From: Klebsormidium nitens
Lineage: Eukaryota; Plantae; Klebsormidiophyceae
Length of the DNA stretch: 64,000 nt
Assembly (NCBI GenBank): GCA_000708835.1
Contig: DF236999.1
Coordinates: 186,001-250,000 of the forward strand
Direction: 5' to 3'
A model generated the notes under the pieces. It saw only the letters and a list, made by a program, of their open reading frames with translations. It ran no database searches and was not told the DNA's origin. A program made the translations under genes and the position numbers. Shown here one piece after another: positions 24,701 through 40,132 of this stretch. Each line of letters begins with the position of its first letter. Positions within the stretch are counted from its first letter, which is position 1.

Positions 24701-27700
24701 CGCAGAACGACCAACTTTCCGCCCCCCTCACCTGGCTCGCATCTCGCCAAGGGCCTTGTCGGCGTCGCCCATGTCTTTCCGGATGGTCTGGTGCGCCTTC
24801 TGTACCAGCCCCAGCAGGCCGTCCTTCTTCTTGGCCTCCTCCAACAAGGCCTCCAACTCCGCCACGCGCGCCTCAGCGGCAGCCAGCGACCGCCGCAGCT
24901 CAGCCTGGCCCAGCAGGTCGCCGGGCGTAAGCGCGGTGGGGCTGGTGGCCCCGGGCTGCAAAAGTAGTGTAAGGGTTCGCATCGACCGAAACGCTGCAAA
25001 ATGCTTTCCAGATTCTTTCCGAGCTTTGAGGCAATCGAATGGTAGATCCACGTCGTTAGAAAGGTACATACCACAGCGGTAATTGGCTTCGGCCTGAAAA
25101 GGACCGTACCTCCTACTTGGCGGTACTACGAAGGCAACACTGGAGGCCAAATGAGTTTTCGGTCGACGCGCACCCTAACGGACGTAAGACTCTGTCAACG
25201 GATGAAGAAGGTGGATTGTGAACCAGTGGTACAGAACGGAAGCATTGGTTGACTTGAGTATGCCGCTTCCACCTGTGCGCTTTTGATAATCAGTGACAAG
25301 GAATTGGTGCTGGATACTGCAAAAGTTGAACGCTCCGAGCCTCCACACTTCAAAACTTCGCGGGTGTTTCATACTTGGCCCTCCCAAATAGCAGGGTTGC
25401 TGATAGCAACAGAGCGGTTCGCAACCAGACCTCACGAACCAAATTCAGAAGTGCGAAATCTGCACGCACTGCGCACAGGTGCGGCAGTGCATAGTCGCGA
25501 AGAATTGTGAGTCCTTAATCCCCCAGAAACCCTTTGCCCCTCACCTTACGGCCCCCCAGAAGCCGCCCGACTTCCTGCGCCAGGCGGTCCTTCTCGCGCC
25601 GCTCCGCCTCGAGCGCCGCCTCGTGCCCGCGCCGCAGCTCCGCCATGACGTCATCCTGCTCCCGCTTCAGCCCCTCCATGACGTCATCGTTCTCCTGCCG
25701 CAGCGCTTCGATGACGTCCTCCTGCTCCGTGCAGATTCGCCGCAGCTCGCTCGCGGCCTCGGCCAGAGCGGTGACTTCGCTTTCCTTGTCGTCTAACCGG
25801 CGGCGCGCAGTGAGCGCCGCTTGCTGCGCCTCTGTTGCGGCCGCCTCTGCTTTCCGAACCTGGACAAGAAAACGCGGGGGTGGTTTCGGAGAAAAGTTTG
25901 TCCGACAAGAGTACCAGAGGAGCAAGTGTTTGTAGGTGAAGAGAATTTGGGTAAGAGAAAGGGTCCAGATTGGCATAGCTGGGGAGAGGAGAGGCAAAGA
26001 AGCATCTCGAGCAGGCCCTGTGGTAGCGAGATGGCATGCTATAAAAATGTGAAGACAGCCCAAAATTGGAACCGCCGGAAGTAGCGGACGATAATATGTC
26101 GCTGCTGCTCGGCTGTGCTGCTTCCAAAGAAAGCGTAGACAAAGAAGCGTCCACCTTTTCCCCCGCCTCATTTCCACCTGATCACGTACCCCCCCCTCAC
26201 CTGTCGCTGCGCATTCTCCAGCTCCCTCTGTGCTGCGTACCCCCGCGCCTCTTCCTCTCGGAGCCGCCTCTCCCTCTCCCGCCCCTCCGCTTCAAGCGCC
26301 GCCAACCGCTGCGCTTCCGCCTCCCACCTCCCTACTACCGTCTGCAACTCCTCCTCTAACCGCCGGCTCTCGTTCGCCCAATTTCCCACCCTGGTAAGAT
26401 TCCCTTCCGCTTTCTTCGCCTCAGCAAGCTTGAGCATGAGCGCCGCGTTCTGCATCTCTAGTTCCGCCACTCTCGTCGTCAAACCCGCAAGGGCTGCGTC
26501 GGTTTCGGGGGTTTCGGCCGCCGACCCAAAGATCGGGGTGTTCCCTCCCCCCATGTCGCTTCCCGCAACCGCTCGGTCAGTCGCGACTGACCCCCCCGGG
26601 GTGTCGAGATCCGTCTCCAATTCTCCTCTTAACCCCTCCAGGTTTCTCTGGGTTAGCCTTAGCCGAGAGTCGGACTCGCTGACCGCCCGCAGTGCCGCCG
26701 CGAGCTCGGTTTCCAGCCTAACCTTCTCCTTAACCAGCTCGTCCACCTGGGCACGTGCCTCCTCCACCTCGCGCACCTCCGCCTCACGCTCGAAGATCGG
26801 GTTAGCGTACTGGTTAAGGAACGAGTTGTCGCTCTCGTCCAGCTCCCAAGCTTCCCGCGTCGGCGTGACCCCCAGCAACCCGAGCTGCGACAGTGCTGGC
26901 GAAAATGGTCCCAACGGGGGTTTCTTTGCTTGCTCTGCACCCCCCCTTTCCGGTGCGTCTCGTACCAACTCACTGCCCGTCTGCCCCTCCTTTTGCAAAC
27001 CCCGCGTTTCCGTCGACGCTCTTTCTGTGCCCGCCTTTCCGGTCTGTTCCGCCTCACGAGTGGCGGACTCCGTTGTCATCGCTTGCGTTCCCGCCTCCAT
27101 CTTTTTCCCCTGGAGCGCACCCGCCGCCTCCCCTTCCTTTTCCAGCGCAGCGAGCTTCTCCCCCTGCCACGTCAGCAGCTTCACCTGTTCCTCCGCCTCT
27201 TCTTCCAGCTTCCGCAAGTGCTCTCGGAGCGCCGCGACCTCGGGAGACTCTTCGGAAGCCGCTGCTTCCGTTTGGACCCCCACGTCACTAGCCTCTACAC
27301 TTCCACCTTCCGGTTCCCTTTGCGCACCCTCTGATGTTGTCTGCTTACCCTCTCGTTCCCTCTGCAAAGCATCAGGCTTTCCACTTAGCTCTTTAAGCGC
27401 ACCAGTCAAGCCCTCGCGGGACTCTACCACTTGCGACTCACTCTCCTTCCCTAAACTAGATTGACGCACGTCAGCTCCTGCCACTGTCCCCCCCTCCAGA
27501 GTTTCCAGCGTCGACTTCAGCACCCGTGCTAGCTTGGCATTGCGCTCCCGCAACCCATCCGCGTCGCTCCTCCCCTTCCCACCCCACATCTTGCCAAAGC
27601 CCCCGAACCTCCGGCCGTCCGCCGCCTCGCTCGGACTGTCCAACTCGTCGACCACTCCGGACGCCAAAATCTCCCGTACTGCCACGTGGACCGTCTCCTT

Positions 27701-30700
27701 GAGGGCCGCCAATTCCGTCTGCGGTAAGTCCGATGCAGACCCCTCAACTCCCACCCCGCCACTACAGTCACCCGTTTTTCCTGCCACCGTTTCCTTCCCC
27801 TTCTCTTCGCTACTCCCCGCAGATTCGTCTTCTGTTGTCCCACTCTCTTCCACACCAGCACTGCCTGCGGGCCTCTCTCCCTCCTCGTCGATCCTCGCCA
27901 AAGGCCCCACACTCCGCGCCTCTCGCACCCTCCCCTCCAACCGCACCAATTCCTTTTTCACCCCCTCGTTCTCGCTCGCAAGTTCTACATTCTGCTTTTT
28001 GAAACTCTCCGCTGCCGCCTTCGCCCGCGCGCTCTCGTCTCGCGCCTTCGCTAGCCCCGCCTCTAGTTGCCGCACTCTTTGCTTGAGGCCCTGTATTTCG
28101 TCCTCCCGCTCCTGGACCTGCGCCCGCCGCCTGTGGACTTCGGCGGCAAAGTGCCGCCCCTCCTCCACCAGGGCCTCCATGATCGACGCCTGGGCGCGCA
28201 GCTCGTCACGCTCTGACGTCAGCTGACGTACCTGGGCGGTGAGAGACGAAGAATAAGCGGAAAGGCTGGAAGCCTGCATTGGAGGGCTCTGCATGAGCCA
28301 TCTTCGCCCACCCGACCAATGAGAACGAATCAGGAAGGATTAAATATTTAAGGGCTGCCGTTCATGCTCCCCATTCGAAGAACGGGTTCATCTTGGAAAA
28401 TGCACTTTTGCACGGCCCAAGAGAAGACGCACTTTAGAACGAGGCCAGATCGACCGCTCAGATCGAAGGCAGCGGCTCGATCGAGCGGTTCATGCATTCG
28501 GCAGACTGTTCGGACAAGCTTCGGCCCCCTTACTTGGCGCTCCTTTTGCACCCGCTCCACGTCGGCCCAGTTCTTGAGCGCAGACTGCTGGGTCGCCTTC
28601 CGGTTGTACTCCTCCTCTAGTTGGCTCTCCACGGCTGCGCGCTCCGCCTGGGCCGCAGCCAGCGATGACGCCATCACCTGTGGGAATGACGTCACAAGCA
28701 TTGAGGGAGCTGCCAGCTTGTTACAGACCCCTAGTTCCGAGGCACAAGTCTCCAAGCAGACTCGCTGTTTCGGAGATTCGTCCTAGGATCTTGTAAGGTT
28801 CCGCGTTGATCGAGTGCTCATCTGCGGTCATCAGGGCCAATGAGAACGCTAGTACCAATCACGTGGTATGCAAAGTACAGACCCGGTACAGGCTTTATCT
28901 AGACCGGCAATTACAAAGCTGTGCGCGGACTGGAGATGCGAAGCTGGTGTCTCTGGCAGTTTCCAGTCGACACGGAACCTAACGTCCAGCACGATAACCA
29001 TACGGCGTCAATCCACAGGACTTCAGACACATCCTTCCCGCAACACTCTGGAGACGAGTAACCCATTGGAAGCCCACCTTTGCATTCTCCTCTGCCGCCT
29101 GCGCCCGACTCTCGGCCGCCCGCCGTGCCTCCCGTTCTTCTGCCAGCTGGCGCCCCACATCCCGCACCTCCTTCCCCTCTCCCGACAGCCCCACTGCCGA
29201 GCCATTCCCACCGCTCCTTGCATCTACCGAGCCCCTGCTGGGTTTCAACGGGGATGCCGGCACCGCTTCCAAGGGCCCCATGCTCCACTCAGGAGACACC
29301 CCCCGACCCCTTTCCTCCTGCTCAATCAACCCAGTTGACACACCGGTTGATGCGCCAATCGGCCCACTGCTGTTTATGGTCTCTGCCCCGGTTGTTGCAA
29401 GCTGGCTCTCCCCATCCCGGCTGCTCAGAGCCCCCTCCGGAGAGTCGGTCTCCACTTCTCCGCTGAGTTCGATACTGACCATGTCATCCAGGCTTCCGCG
29501 CCGCACCGGCCCTGCGACACTGTCGAACCTCTTCTGCAGGTTTCGAACGGTCGTCTGTTTGGGTCGCCCCGCGCCGCCATCGGTCGCAAACTCGGGCGTC
29601 ACCGGCTCCTCAGGAAGAACAACTGTCAACGGTTCCGTGCCCGGGGCCTTCCCCCGACCGCTCGACAGGTGCTTCAGGGCGCTCATCAGCTGGATGGGCT
29701 TGGCCCGGCTTCGCCTGTTAGAGCCCCCAGGAGACTTCACCGACCTCCGATATGGAGGGGAGTGCACTTGCACAGCTTGCTTCCTGGATTTCGAAGCAGC
29801 TTTCTTGGCGGAGCCTGTGCGTTGCCCCGCCGTTTCAGACGAGTAGTCTAAGTCCTCCCCTTCTAGCTCGGTGATAAGCCCCGGCCTCTGTCCCGTCGTC
29901 CGCGTTTCTTCCCCCGGCTCCATTTTAGCGATAATCCGCGCCGGCAGATCGTCTTCCTTTCCGGCAGGTTGGGCCTGTAAACCGTTGCCCCGAACGAGAG
30001 GCCCTGTTGGGTTTGCCGTCCACAGCGTTTGGGGGAGAACAAGCCCAGAGTCGCTCTTCCGACGAGGCCTCGGATTGGGCGCCCACAAACTTGCCCCGTC
30101 AGCCACTGTTCTCAAGCCTTCAGCCCTTGGCGCAGCCGGCTTCCTCGTCTCGACTCCCTCCGCGTCCCCCCTGTCAGCTCTAGGCTCCCGTTCCGGCTCT
30201 GCCGGCACCGCCACTACTTCTGTTCGTTTCTGTGCTTGCGTAGAGACATCCAAAATGGGGTCTCTACGCTCTGACTGGTCCTCTTCAGTTATCAGTTGGT
30301 TCGCACTACCGGAGGTCGCGACACGCTCCATATTCGGAGCAGTTTCAGCTCTACCCTCGAGGGACGTCCGTTTTAGTGCGGCCAAAGGAGGGCCACTTTG
30401 CGACGGAGTTGGTGGCACCGAGAAGAACTCTTCGTTTCCGGAGCTGGCAACGGGGACCGCTTTCCCCGCATCCCGTAAAACACCTTCCACAAAGTTTTCC
30501 GAGACGACCAACGTCGCCGCACTTGTAACACTGCTCCTCACGACTTGCTCACCCGGGCCCCTTTCTACGTTCGCCTTCGCCGGAGCCTGTGTATTCGACT
30601 CCGTCGCAACGCTCTTCCCCCTTCCAACCCCCTCGAGGCCGCTCGTAAGCGAAGCAGGCAGAATGGTTCGGCCCCAGTACGAGTCCGTTTTGCTCGACCG

Positions 30701-33120
30701 CTGGTTCTGCCGCTGTGCGGCCGCCCTGCTACTAATGGGCAGGCTGCTGATGTCCAGCATCTCCCCAATGCGGCTCAGCCGCCGCTCGATGCTGTCCGGA
30801 TCAACCACCCTTTCAGAGGTGTAGCCGTTCTCTGTCTCAACGGGAGGAACGCCTGACGTGGAGGCAAGCGCAGGACGCCCTTGGCTGACACCAGCCACAT
30901 TGGCATCCGCCTCTCCTTGCCCGGCTTCGGTAACAGAAAGAGCGCCGTCGACTGGCAACCCTGCAACACTAGTTGCGTCCGACTCCCCCACCCTTTTCCG
31001 TTCAAAAGCGTCAGACCCCCGAGAGTCTGCCCCTTCCTCGTTCTCCGCTTTCGCTTCTCCGTAGGTCCCCTCTTCTCTATACCCGTCTCCCTTCGACGCC
31101 ACTGGCCCTTTCGTGAATATTTCAACGCCCCTACGCGCTGCCAGGGGAGCGCTGTCCCCACCGACTGGACTTCCCAGCATGCCGTGCAACTGTTTGCGTT
31201 TCTGGTCGAGCGCGACTTCAAGAGCGGCTTCCGCAGCCAAGGACTCGAGGGCCAGAGACGGCCTGGTGCCAGAGGGGGCGCCAAAACCGGGGGCTGTGCT
31301 GCCGAAAGCGGAGCTGGCGTGTCCGAGGGCCTGGTGAGGAGAGAGAATCATCAAAGGAAGTGCATGCCGCTTGCCACAGGCCAATGACGAAGTGACACGT
31401 CTTGTTACCAGGTAGAAATATTGCGTTACAATCAAGGTTGAATTGCGTCCAGCTTCAGAGAACCTTTGGCTGGGTAGATATGACCTGCGACTGGAGTCAG
31501 CACTGATCCCCCACGAGTTCCAAGAGGGCTGCCTCTGCCCATCAGAACAAGCAAAAAGTGTCAGGGGGGCCATACCTGAGGTGAGGGCTGAGGGGACGGA
31601 ACGTTGCTGTCACTGTGCTCCCAGTACGTCTGTGCAGCAGACTGCAGGCGGGCTTCTAAGCTGATTGTCGAAGCTCCTGCACCCAGAGCAGGACAACTAC
31701 CTGATTGAGCGCGGAAGGATCTGCAAAAAGCTCTTCCCGGCGTAGACGCATTGGTCTATCTCTTGTAAGGAAATGAAAGGAACACGCAGGAGAGCCCCAG
31801 ATGTTGCGGAACCTTGGGAGGTAAAGTAAGGAGACGTACCACGACCTACGTCCGAACTTGGACATCCTTTCACAGCATCAGACTCAGGGTTGTGCCCAAT
31901 TGCGCGCGCGTTTGACAGAAGATTACAGACAGACATGTAATGGACCGGTACTGGTTGGGCAATAGTCGAACATGTGTAGAGAAAACATGGGACACTCACC
32001 TCCGGTGGTTTTCCCTCCTTCTCTGTCGGGATCAGCGAACTCACGGGCAGTGCTCGGAAACCAGTGGCTGCCTCTACTGACTTCCGTTTGAAGTCTTCTG
32101 TCTCCTGGTGCCCCCCTGTAGTGGTTTGCTCTAGCTGTCGCCGAAAGAGGGTCGTTTAACCCAGAAAACGCCCTGCTAGGTTGGTAAGCGGGGTATGCAG
32201 AGGCTGTAGACCCTTCCAGCCAAGATGACTGGCTAGGATAGGAAGGGCTGGAAGTCTGCGATTGCTGTGGCTGGAAGCTGGGCATATAAGAAGCCGGTTG
32301 CGTCCTCTGTGAGTCTACAAACAAGCTGGACGACCCGTTACGAACAGTCGGTGGCTTTTCTTGCCAGGGGTAGCTGCTTGTGTGATCGAAGGGGGTAAAG
32401 ACCCTAGATGGCTTGTGGAAGGTATGTGATGGCAATTGGAGCGGCTCAACCAGTGGTCTTTTTGATGCCTGAGAGCTGCTCGCTACATGATTGGTGGCTT
32501 GTCTCCTTGGACTTCTTTGGTAGCTTGGCTCAGGGTAAAATGCTGACGTCTTTGAGCTCAAGACATCTGCACGAGTGTCCCAATGCCTACCAGGGGCACC
32601 AGACGTCCTACTGGTTGCAGTATCATACTGCAACTGAGTATGCCCTTCAGGAGGATTCAGATCAAACGCTATCGAAATTGGCCTCAAGCCTTGCGGCTGG
32701 GATGAGAGCTGAGCCCATCCGTTTGCACTGCGGAGATCAGCAATGGGTGCCGCAGTCTCGTGCCACGGAGCGCTGCGGCCCAAGACGGGCCGACGTAATT
32801 GCGCCCCCCTTGGTGGCGGTGCCTGTTTGGGCCCTCCTGAACTGTATGCATCTGGGGAAGAAAGTACTTTTAGTCAAGCCATGCAAGATCTGTGCAGTTG
32901 GTCAAGTAAGGTCCAGGTGATGGAAAGGGCAAAATCAAAGGCGTTTCCTGAGCACACCAAGACAATTCAAAGGTAAACCCTGGACTAGCCAGCCTCACAC
33001 AATTCTAGCTGGAAAGCCCCTGGAAAGCAAGCAGTTTTGAGTTTTCAATAGTGAGTCAGCTGACTTACCACGCTCCTTTGCAGCATATCTGCTTGGAGAG
33101 AGGTCCTGATATGGCCCCAT
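21726..33120 (-). CDS. Very large protein (~2440 aa) with a Ser/Pro-rich disordered N-half and long coiled-coil C-half; function unknown
   Basis: Phase-consistent GT-AG exons: 33120-33069, 32851-32000, 31676-31576, 31330-29078, 28677-28534, 28231-26201, 25859-25545, 24955-24732, 24097-23710, 23354-23121, 22457-21726 (7326 nt). E/A/R/K/L heptad-rich segments, e.g. ELRRSLAAAEARVAELEALLEEAKKK. The 5' exons are less certain than the 3' ones. Confidence 0.75.
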
Positions 33121-33899
33121 GGCTGCATTCCCTTTTGCCAGTCCCTTGACTGCCAGCGAGGGCAGTCAGTCCCTTAGTGTTCAGAATGCAGCTGACATTG
33201 GGTGTGGGTATGTTCCTCGTATACAACATAGGCTTCTCGAACCTGGCAGACTATGATTCCAAGAAAGCACCTTTTAAGTTCGAACCTGGAAACCTCCACT
33301 TTTCAAGGCATGCTTTTCAGCACCTGGTTTTGGAACCCTAATTTTGAAGCTCGGCGTACATTGAAGCCCCAGCTTTGGACTTCACGAACAATGTACCTGT
33401 GTGTTCAAATTGCAGAATGGCGCCCGAGAACACCTTCTGATGAGAAGCCTGCTGTTTGGAAACCTCAAAGCCTTTCTCACGAGCTGATGAGGACGCCATC
33501 AGGAGGACGTACACGGTACAGTCCCGAGTACTCTAGATAGTAACAGTATCAGAGTACACTGTGTCAGTGTGTGTACAGTCAGAGACTAGACTCGGAGTCA
33601 GAGTCATTGTCCAACCCGGAGTCGCTTCCTTTGGAAAGTCGAATTGGCGCCACTCGACCGGCCGGTTGGTACTGCCCAAGGGAAAGATGAGAACCAAGGG
33701 GCGAATCGAAGCTGTCCGATCGCTTGGACTTGACTTCGTGTGACAATCTGGCCGTCTAGAGTCTGAGCACATTGTCCTGTGCGGCCGGTCCATGTCTCCG
33801 TGCCGAACTAGGATGTGATCGAATGCTGCGGCAGCCGTGCAGATGACGGATCAAAATTTTGGAGGTGCTGATCGCCAGAGAGCGCTGTCTGACGTCGCA

Positions 33900-34804
33900 A
33901 TGGCGGGGGAAGGTGGGGTTCTGGAAAAGCAGCACTATTTCCAGGCGCAGAAGGCGTTCGTGCACCTGAAGGTAGGAACATCCAAAGACCCCGGCTGGTT
34001 GGATGTGTTCCCTCAATGGGAAGGAATGAAGGAAAGAGGGACGCTTTGCTCTGGTTTCACGTCCAACATAGATTGATCAGGGAACTGTGATGTATCTGCG
34101 AGAGCCTTTTTCTACCCCTTGTGCATGTGAGCTCTTTCACATTGAGCATCCTGGATTATTATGCTCCTCCGGACCTGACTTCCACAGGTTCGCATTGCAA
34201 CAGGGCAAGCATGACCGGATCACAAGCGTAATCATCCCCGTAGCTTTTGTCAGCATCAGCGGCTTCCTTATGGTGAGCTTTTGCAATATGCATAGCTTAA
34301 CAACATAATAGGGAATGTCAGATTTGAAGGGGATGGTTGAGATGCTCAAACATTCTTGTCTTGGTCCCGACTGACACTAGGCTTTTACCGTGAAAGTTGC
34401 ACACTTGAATCCCAACGGCAGAAAGATCAATAAGTGCCAGAATGCCCCACGTTTTTGGCTTGCCCGTTTGCGTGGCCACAATCAAGTACAAAAGCTTCCT
34501 CCTTAACTTTTATTAGGTCCATACTGCCTGAGCCTGTTTTGGAGCAAGACTATGAGAAATTGAAGTTTTTAATCTACTTCTGTACTCTATTCTCGCTTCA
34601 ATTGCATATTCGATCTGGGTGAGTCTGTGGAGTTTGCTAACCTCTTTCGCTCCCTATGACCTCAGTTTTTGAGATCTACCTTTAGAGCTTTCTTCGGCCC
34701 TTTTTCTTCTAATCAAAGCCTGTCCTACAAATGCCGTGAAAACGTTGCAGGTACGAGGTTTGGTACACATGGCACGAGGAACTGGGAAAATTGAAGGTAC
34801 TTGA
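33900..34804 (+). CDS. COX7a: Plant-type cytochrome c oxidase subunit VIIa (64 aa)
   Basis: Exons 33900-33971, 34204-34272, 34751-34804 give MAGEGGVLEKQHYFQAQKAFVHLKGKHDRITSVIIPVAFVSISGFLMVRGLVHMARGTGKIEGT*. This matches the recalled plant COX7a pattern LEKQ..FQ....HTYLKG..DKITSVAIP...GIYNMS.G.GK. An in-frame upstream ATG at 33843 is an alternative start. Confidence 0.85.
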
Positions 34805-35975
34805 GAGCATGAGAAGGATATGCTCAATTGAAGCACCACATATATCAGTTGTTGTAGCTGCAACTTCAAGTTGACAACTTGCGGGGGAAGGCTCTTTGCC
34901 CCATCAGAGTCGACAACTTCCATATGAGCAGAACTATGCGGACTCTCTCATCCTAGTCATCGATTTGATATCATTTTGTGTTTGTTTTTGCGTTGTTTTT
35001 GCTGTACTTGTGCCACCATTTTTGTGATTCTGAATTTAGCAACAAATGCAGCAAGCATATGGGTTGGTCTGATTCATACAATTGCGACGTAGGTTGTTCT
35101 TTCGCATGCTCAAGCACCCAGGCTCATCCTGCAATGATCACTCAAGGGCACAAGGTGATATATACAAGTGCATGTGACTAGCTGTCTCGAAAATTTGTCA
35201 TGTGCTTATTTAGTACGATCCTACTAACAATGGTACTGACTTGTTCTCCCTGCCCGAGATCATGCAGAACTTTCAGACTCGAATGACCATGCAAATGTAT
35301 ATACTGCCGAACTTAGAGGCTTATCCGCACTTGTTGACCATCATTTATTGGCTGTGGCCTCCACGCTCGAGCTGATCGGCCTTTGTTGCGGAGAAAGTGC
35401 GATCTAGATCTTCGACATATATATGTCTTATGTATTGCCTCTTTACGTTTCTTTCCATGCGTTTCTTTCCGTGCCACTTAACCGAATACTTACTATAAAT
35501 TAGGCCAGATCGCGGCGCAGTCGTGCATTCAACTTGCCATGACACATGCACGATCAGTGATCGGCTCAGCCGATCTTAGCACAACATGATGTGCATATAT
35601 GCATTGGAGCTCCGGCACAATCCAATGAGGTCACGAATTGGTTCTCTTTGAAGAGCTTCTGTCGGAAGCTCTCATATCGGATTGCGGCACCTCGAGTCCT
35701 AGCACCTCAAGCGGCCATCATTGCATGCACTCATGTCAGCCTGGTCCCATGGTCAGCCCTGCCATTGAGGATAATCCATGGTGCAGGGGCACCCTAATCC
35801 TATCTTCGTTTTACGCTCCAGATCCATGGAAAATGGAAGGACCGTGCGTAGCGCCTTTTACATCCCATGACTCATGACACTAGCCAGTCTTGCACAGTCT
35901 TCCGGTAATTATGAGGTGTGTTACTACGAGTAATCGTCTGATGAATTCAGAACCAATCAATGAAACCTGAAAGAG

Positions 35976-37337
35976 CTAGTGATTCAGATCTTTCCATACT
36001 TTGTAATCTGTGTCCGGATGCTTGGGATCAAAGAGACCATCAGTACAAGAAACCAGATTAGTAGACAGCTGAGTATCGATGTTTATTACAGCATGAGCAA
36101 TTGAAGCTCTTCCCACCGTGACTACAACATCGTCTCTTTCAAGAACCACCTCGACATAGCCATGTTCGCTCTCAGGATTCTCCACCTGCAATGCAACATC
36201 AGGCCAATCGATGGGTTGTACCGGCTCCTGCCACATGAACAAATCCTGACCCTCAAAAGCGACCTCTCCCCACATCTTCTTATCAAACGCGAATCCAGAC
36301 AGCTCTGTGAAGTTGGCAACTCAGAGCAGCACCAACAAAGCAAAAGCAACATACTATATAGGCTTCACTCTGGAGATCACTCTGGAGATCTGTAAGAGAA
36401 GCTGAGTCTCACCCTCCACTTCGTTCTTGCCCCCCACAGGATGAAAGTTTCATTCTTTGTGTGATGCCGGTGATTCCCCCTGGTCTTGCCAGGTAAGATG
36501 ATGCCTAGGTGCACATCTTCACATACAGCCGCCCCTTGACAAGGAAGTTCAGCTTTTGGTCAATTTTGAGAAAGGCAAGCCTCTGCAGTCGGCTCCCACT
36601 TTCACAACCGTCTCACTGCCCTTTATCGAAACAGATTTCACATTCAAAGCATATAATATCCCCCAGTTCGTCAATTGCCTTTGCTCTTCACATCAAGCGC
36701 CCTCCAGATTCCAGTAAATTTTTAGTGGCACCGGCGAATCTTGCTCCTTATGATCAACTTTGCACTGCCGATTTTGCTGACAGGAAGGGGTGCCTCTGTT
36801 TGGCATCAGAGAAGTGCTTTACACACTTTCTCATAGAGACGGTGGTTGTAAGGTTGAAACAGATACATACAAGAGGCAAGACACGATAACACGCCTAAAA
36901 AGTCAACAATTGTGGTTATAAAGTCACACATCACACGTTCAATTATCACCAAATCAGCTCTGAGCACTGATAACCAGACTCGACTTCCATTCAAGCGAAG
37001 TGTGCTAAGCCCCATTGCCCAGAGGCTTACCTTGCAGACCTGCTTGATGGGCTGCCTCCCTTGGATCGACCATCCAGCCCCGGTCATCAGTTCTTGGATC
37101 TCCAGCCCCAGGTTGAAGATCTAGCCTCGCCAAATCAGCATCCAGATGGAGACCACGATCACTATTCGCAAGATTTTTATACGTCCTAGAAGACGACTTT
37201 GTTTCCGAAGGGACTGCAAGCAAATAGAGACCCAGCAGACCACCCAGCGCAACCAAGGAAACAAGAACAATTCTGACCTGCTTTGTAAAATCTGCCTTTG
37301 GCTGATAGAACTGCTGATACCTGTCCTTGTCGCCCAT
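35976..37337 (-). CDS. Type II membrane-anchored RmlC-like cupin (212 aa)
   Basis: Exons 37337-37031, 36534-36413, 36185-35976 (639 nt in frame). N-terminal TM segment VRIVLVSLVALGGLLGLYLLAV. Cupin motif 1 ILPGKTRGNHRHHTKNETFILWG and motif 2 SIAHAVINID. Confidence 0.85.
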
Positions 37338-37567
37338 GTTTCTCACATGAGCTAGATGCGCTTTGCATGGGCTCTAGGCCACCAATGCCAATTATTTCAA
37401 GCGCGTGTTGCCATCACCCAGCTTTGTTACTCTAACCATTTAACCCTTGTTCTGAACCCCTCTTACACCACCTTCTAATCCAGGCCGTCCACTGACGATT
37501 TTCTGATGCGTTCACCACTCGATCTGCACTTCATTCTCACGTTCCCCCCAACCAACTCCTGGGTTAA

Positions 37568-40132
<2,565 letters not shown>

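Noticed and set aside
21742-31387. Many plus-strand Ser/Arg/Pro-rich ORFs (e.g. 26430-27464, 27534-28226, 29871-30824)
   Set aside because: Antisense to the Glu/Ala/Arg-rich coiled-coil exons, with no independent motifs or splice structure.
31840-31866. Possible 27-nt phase-1 micro-exon in the coiled-coil gene (AAAG|GATGTCC..GTCGTG|GTACGT)
   Set aside because: In frame, but the acceptor is weak and the model is complete without it; needs RNA-seq.
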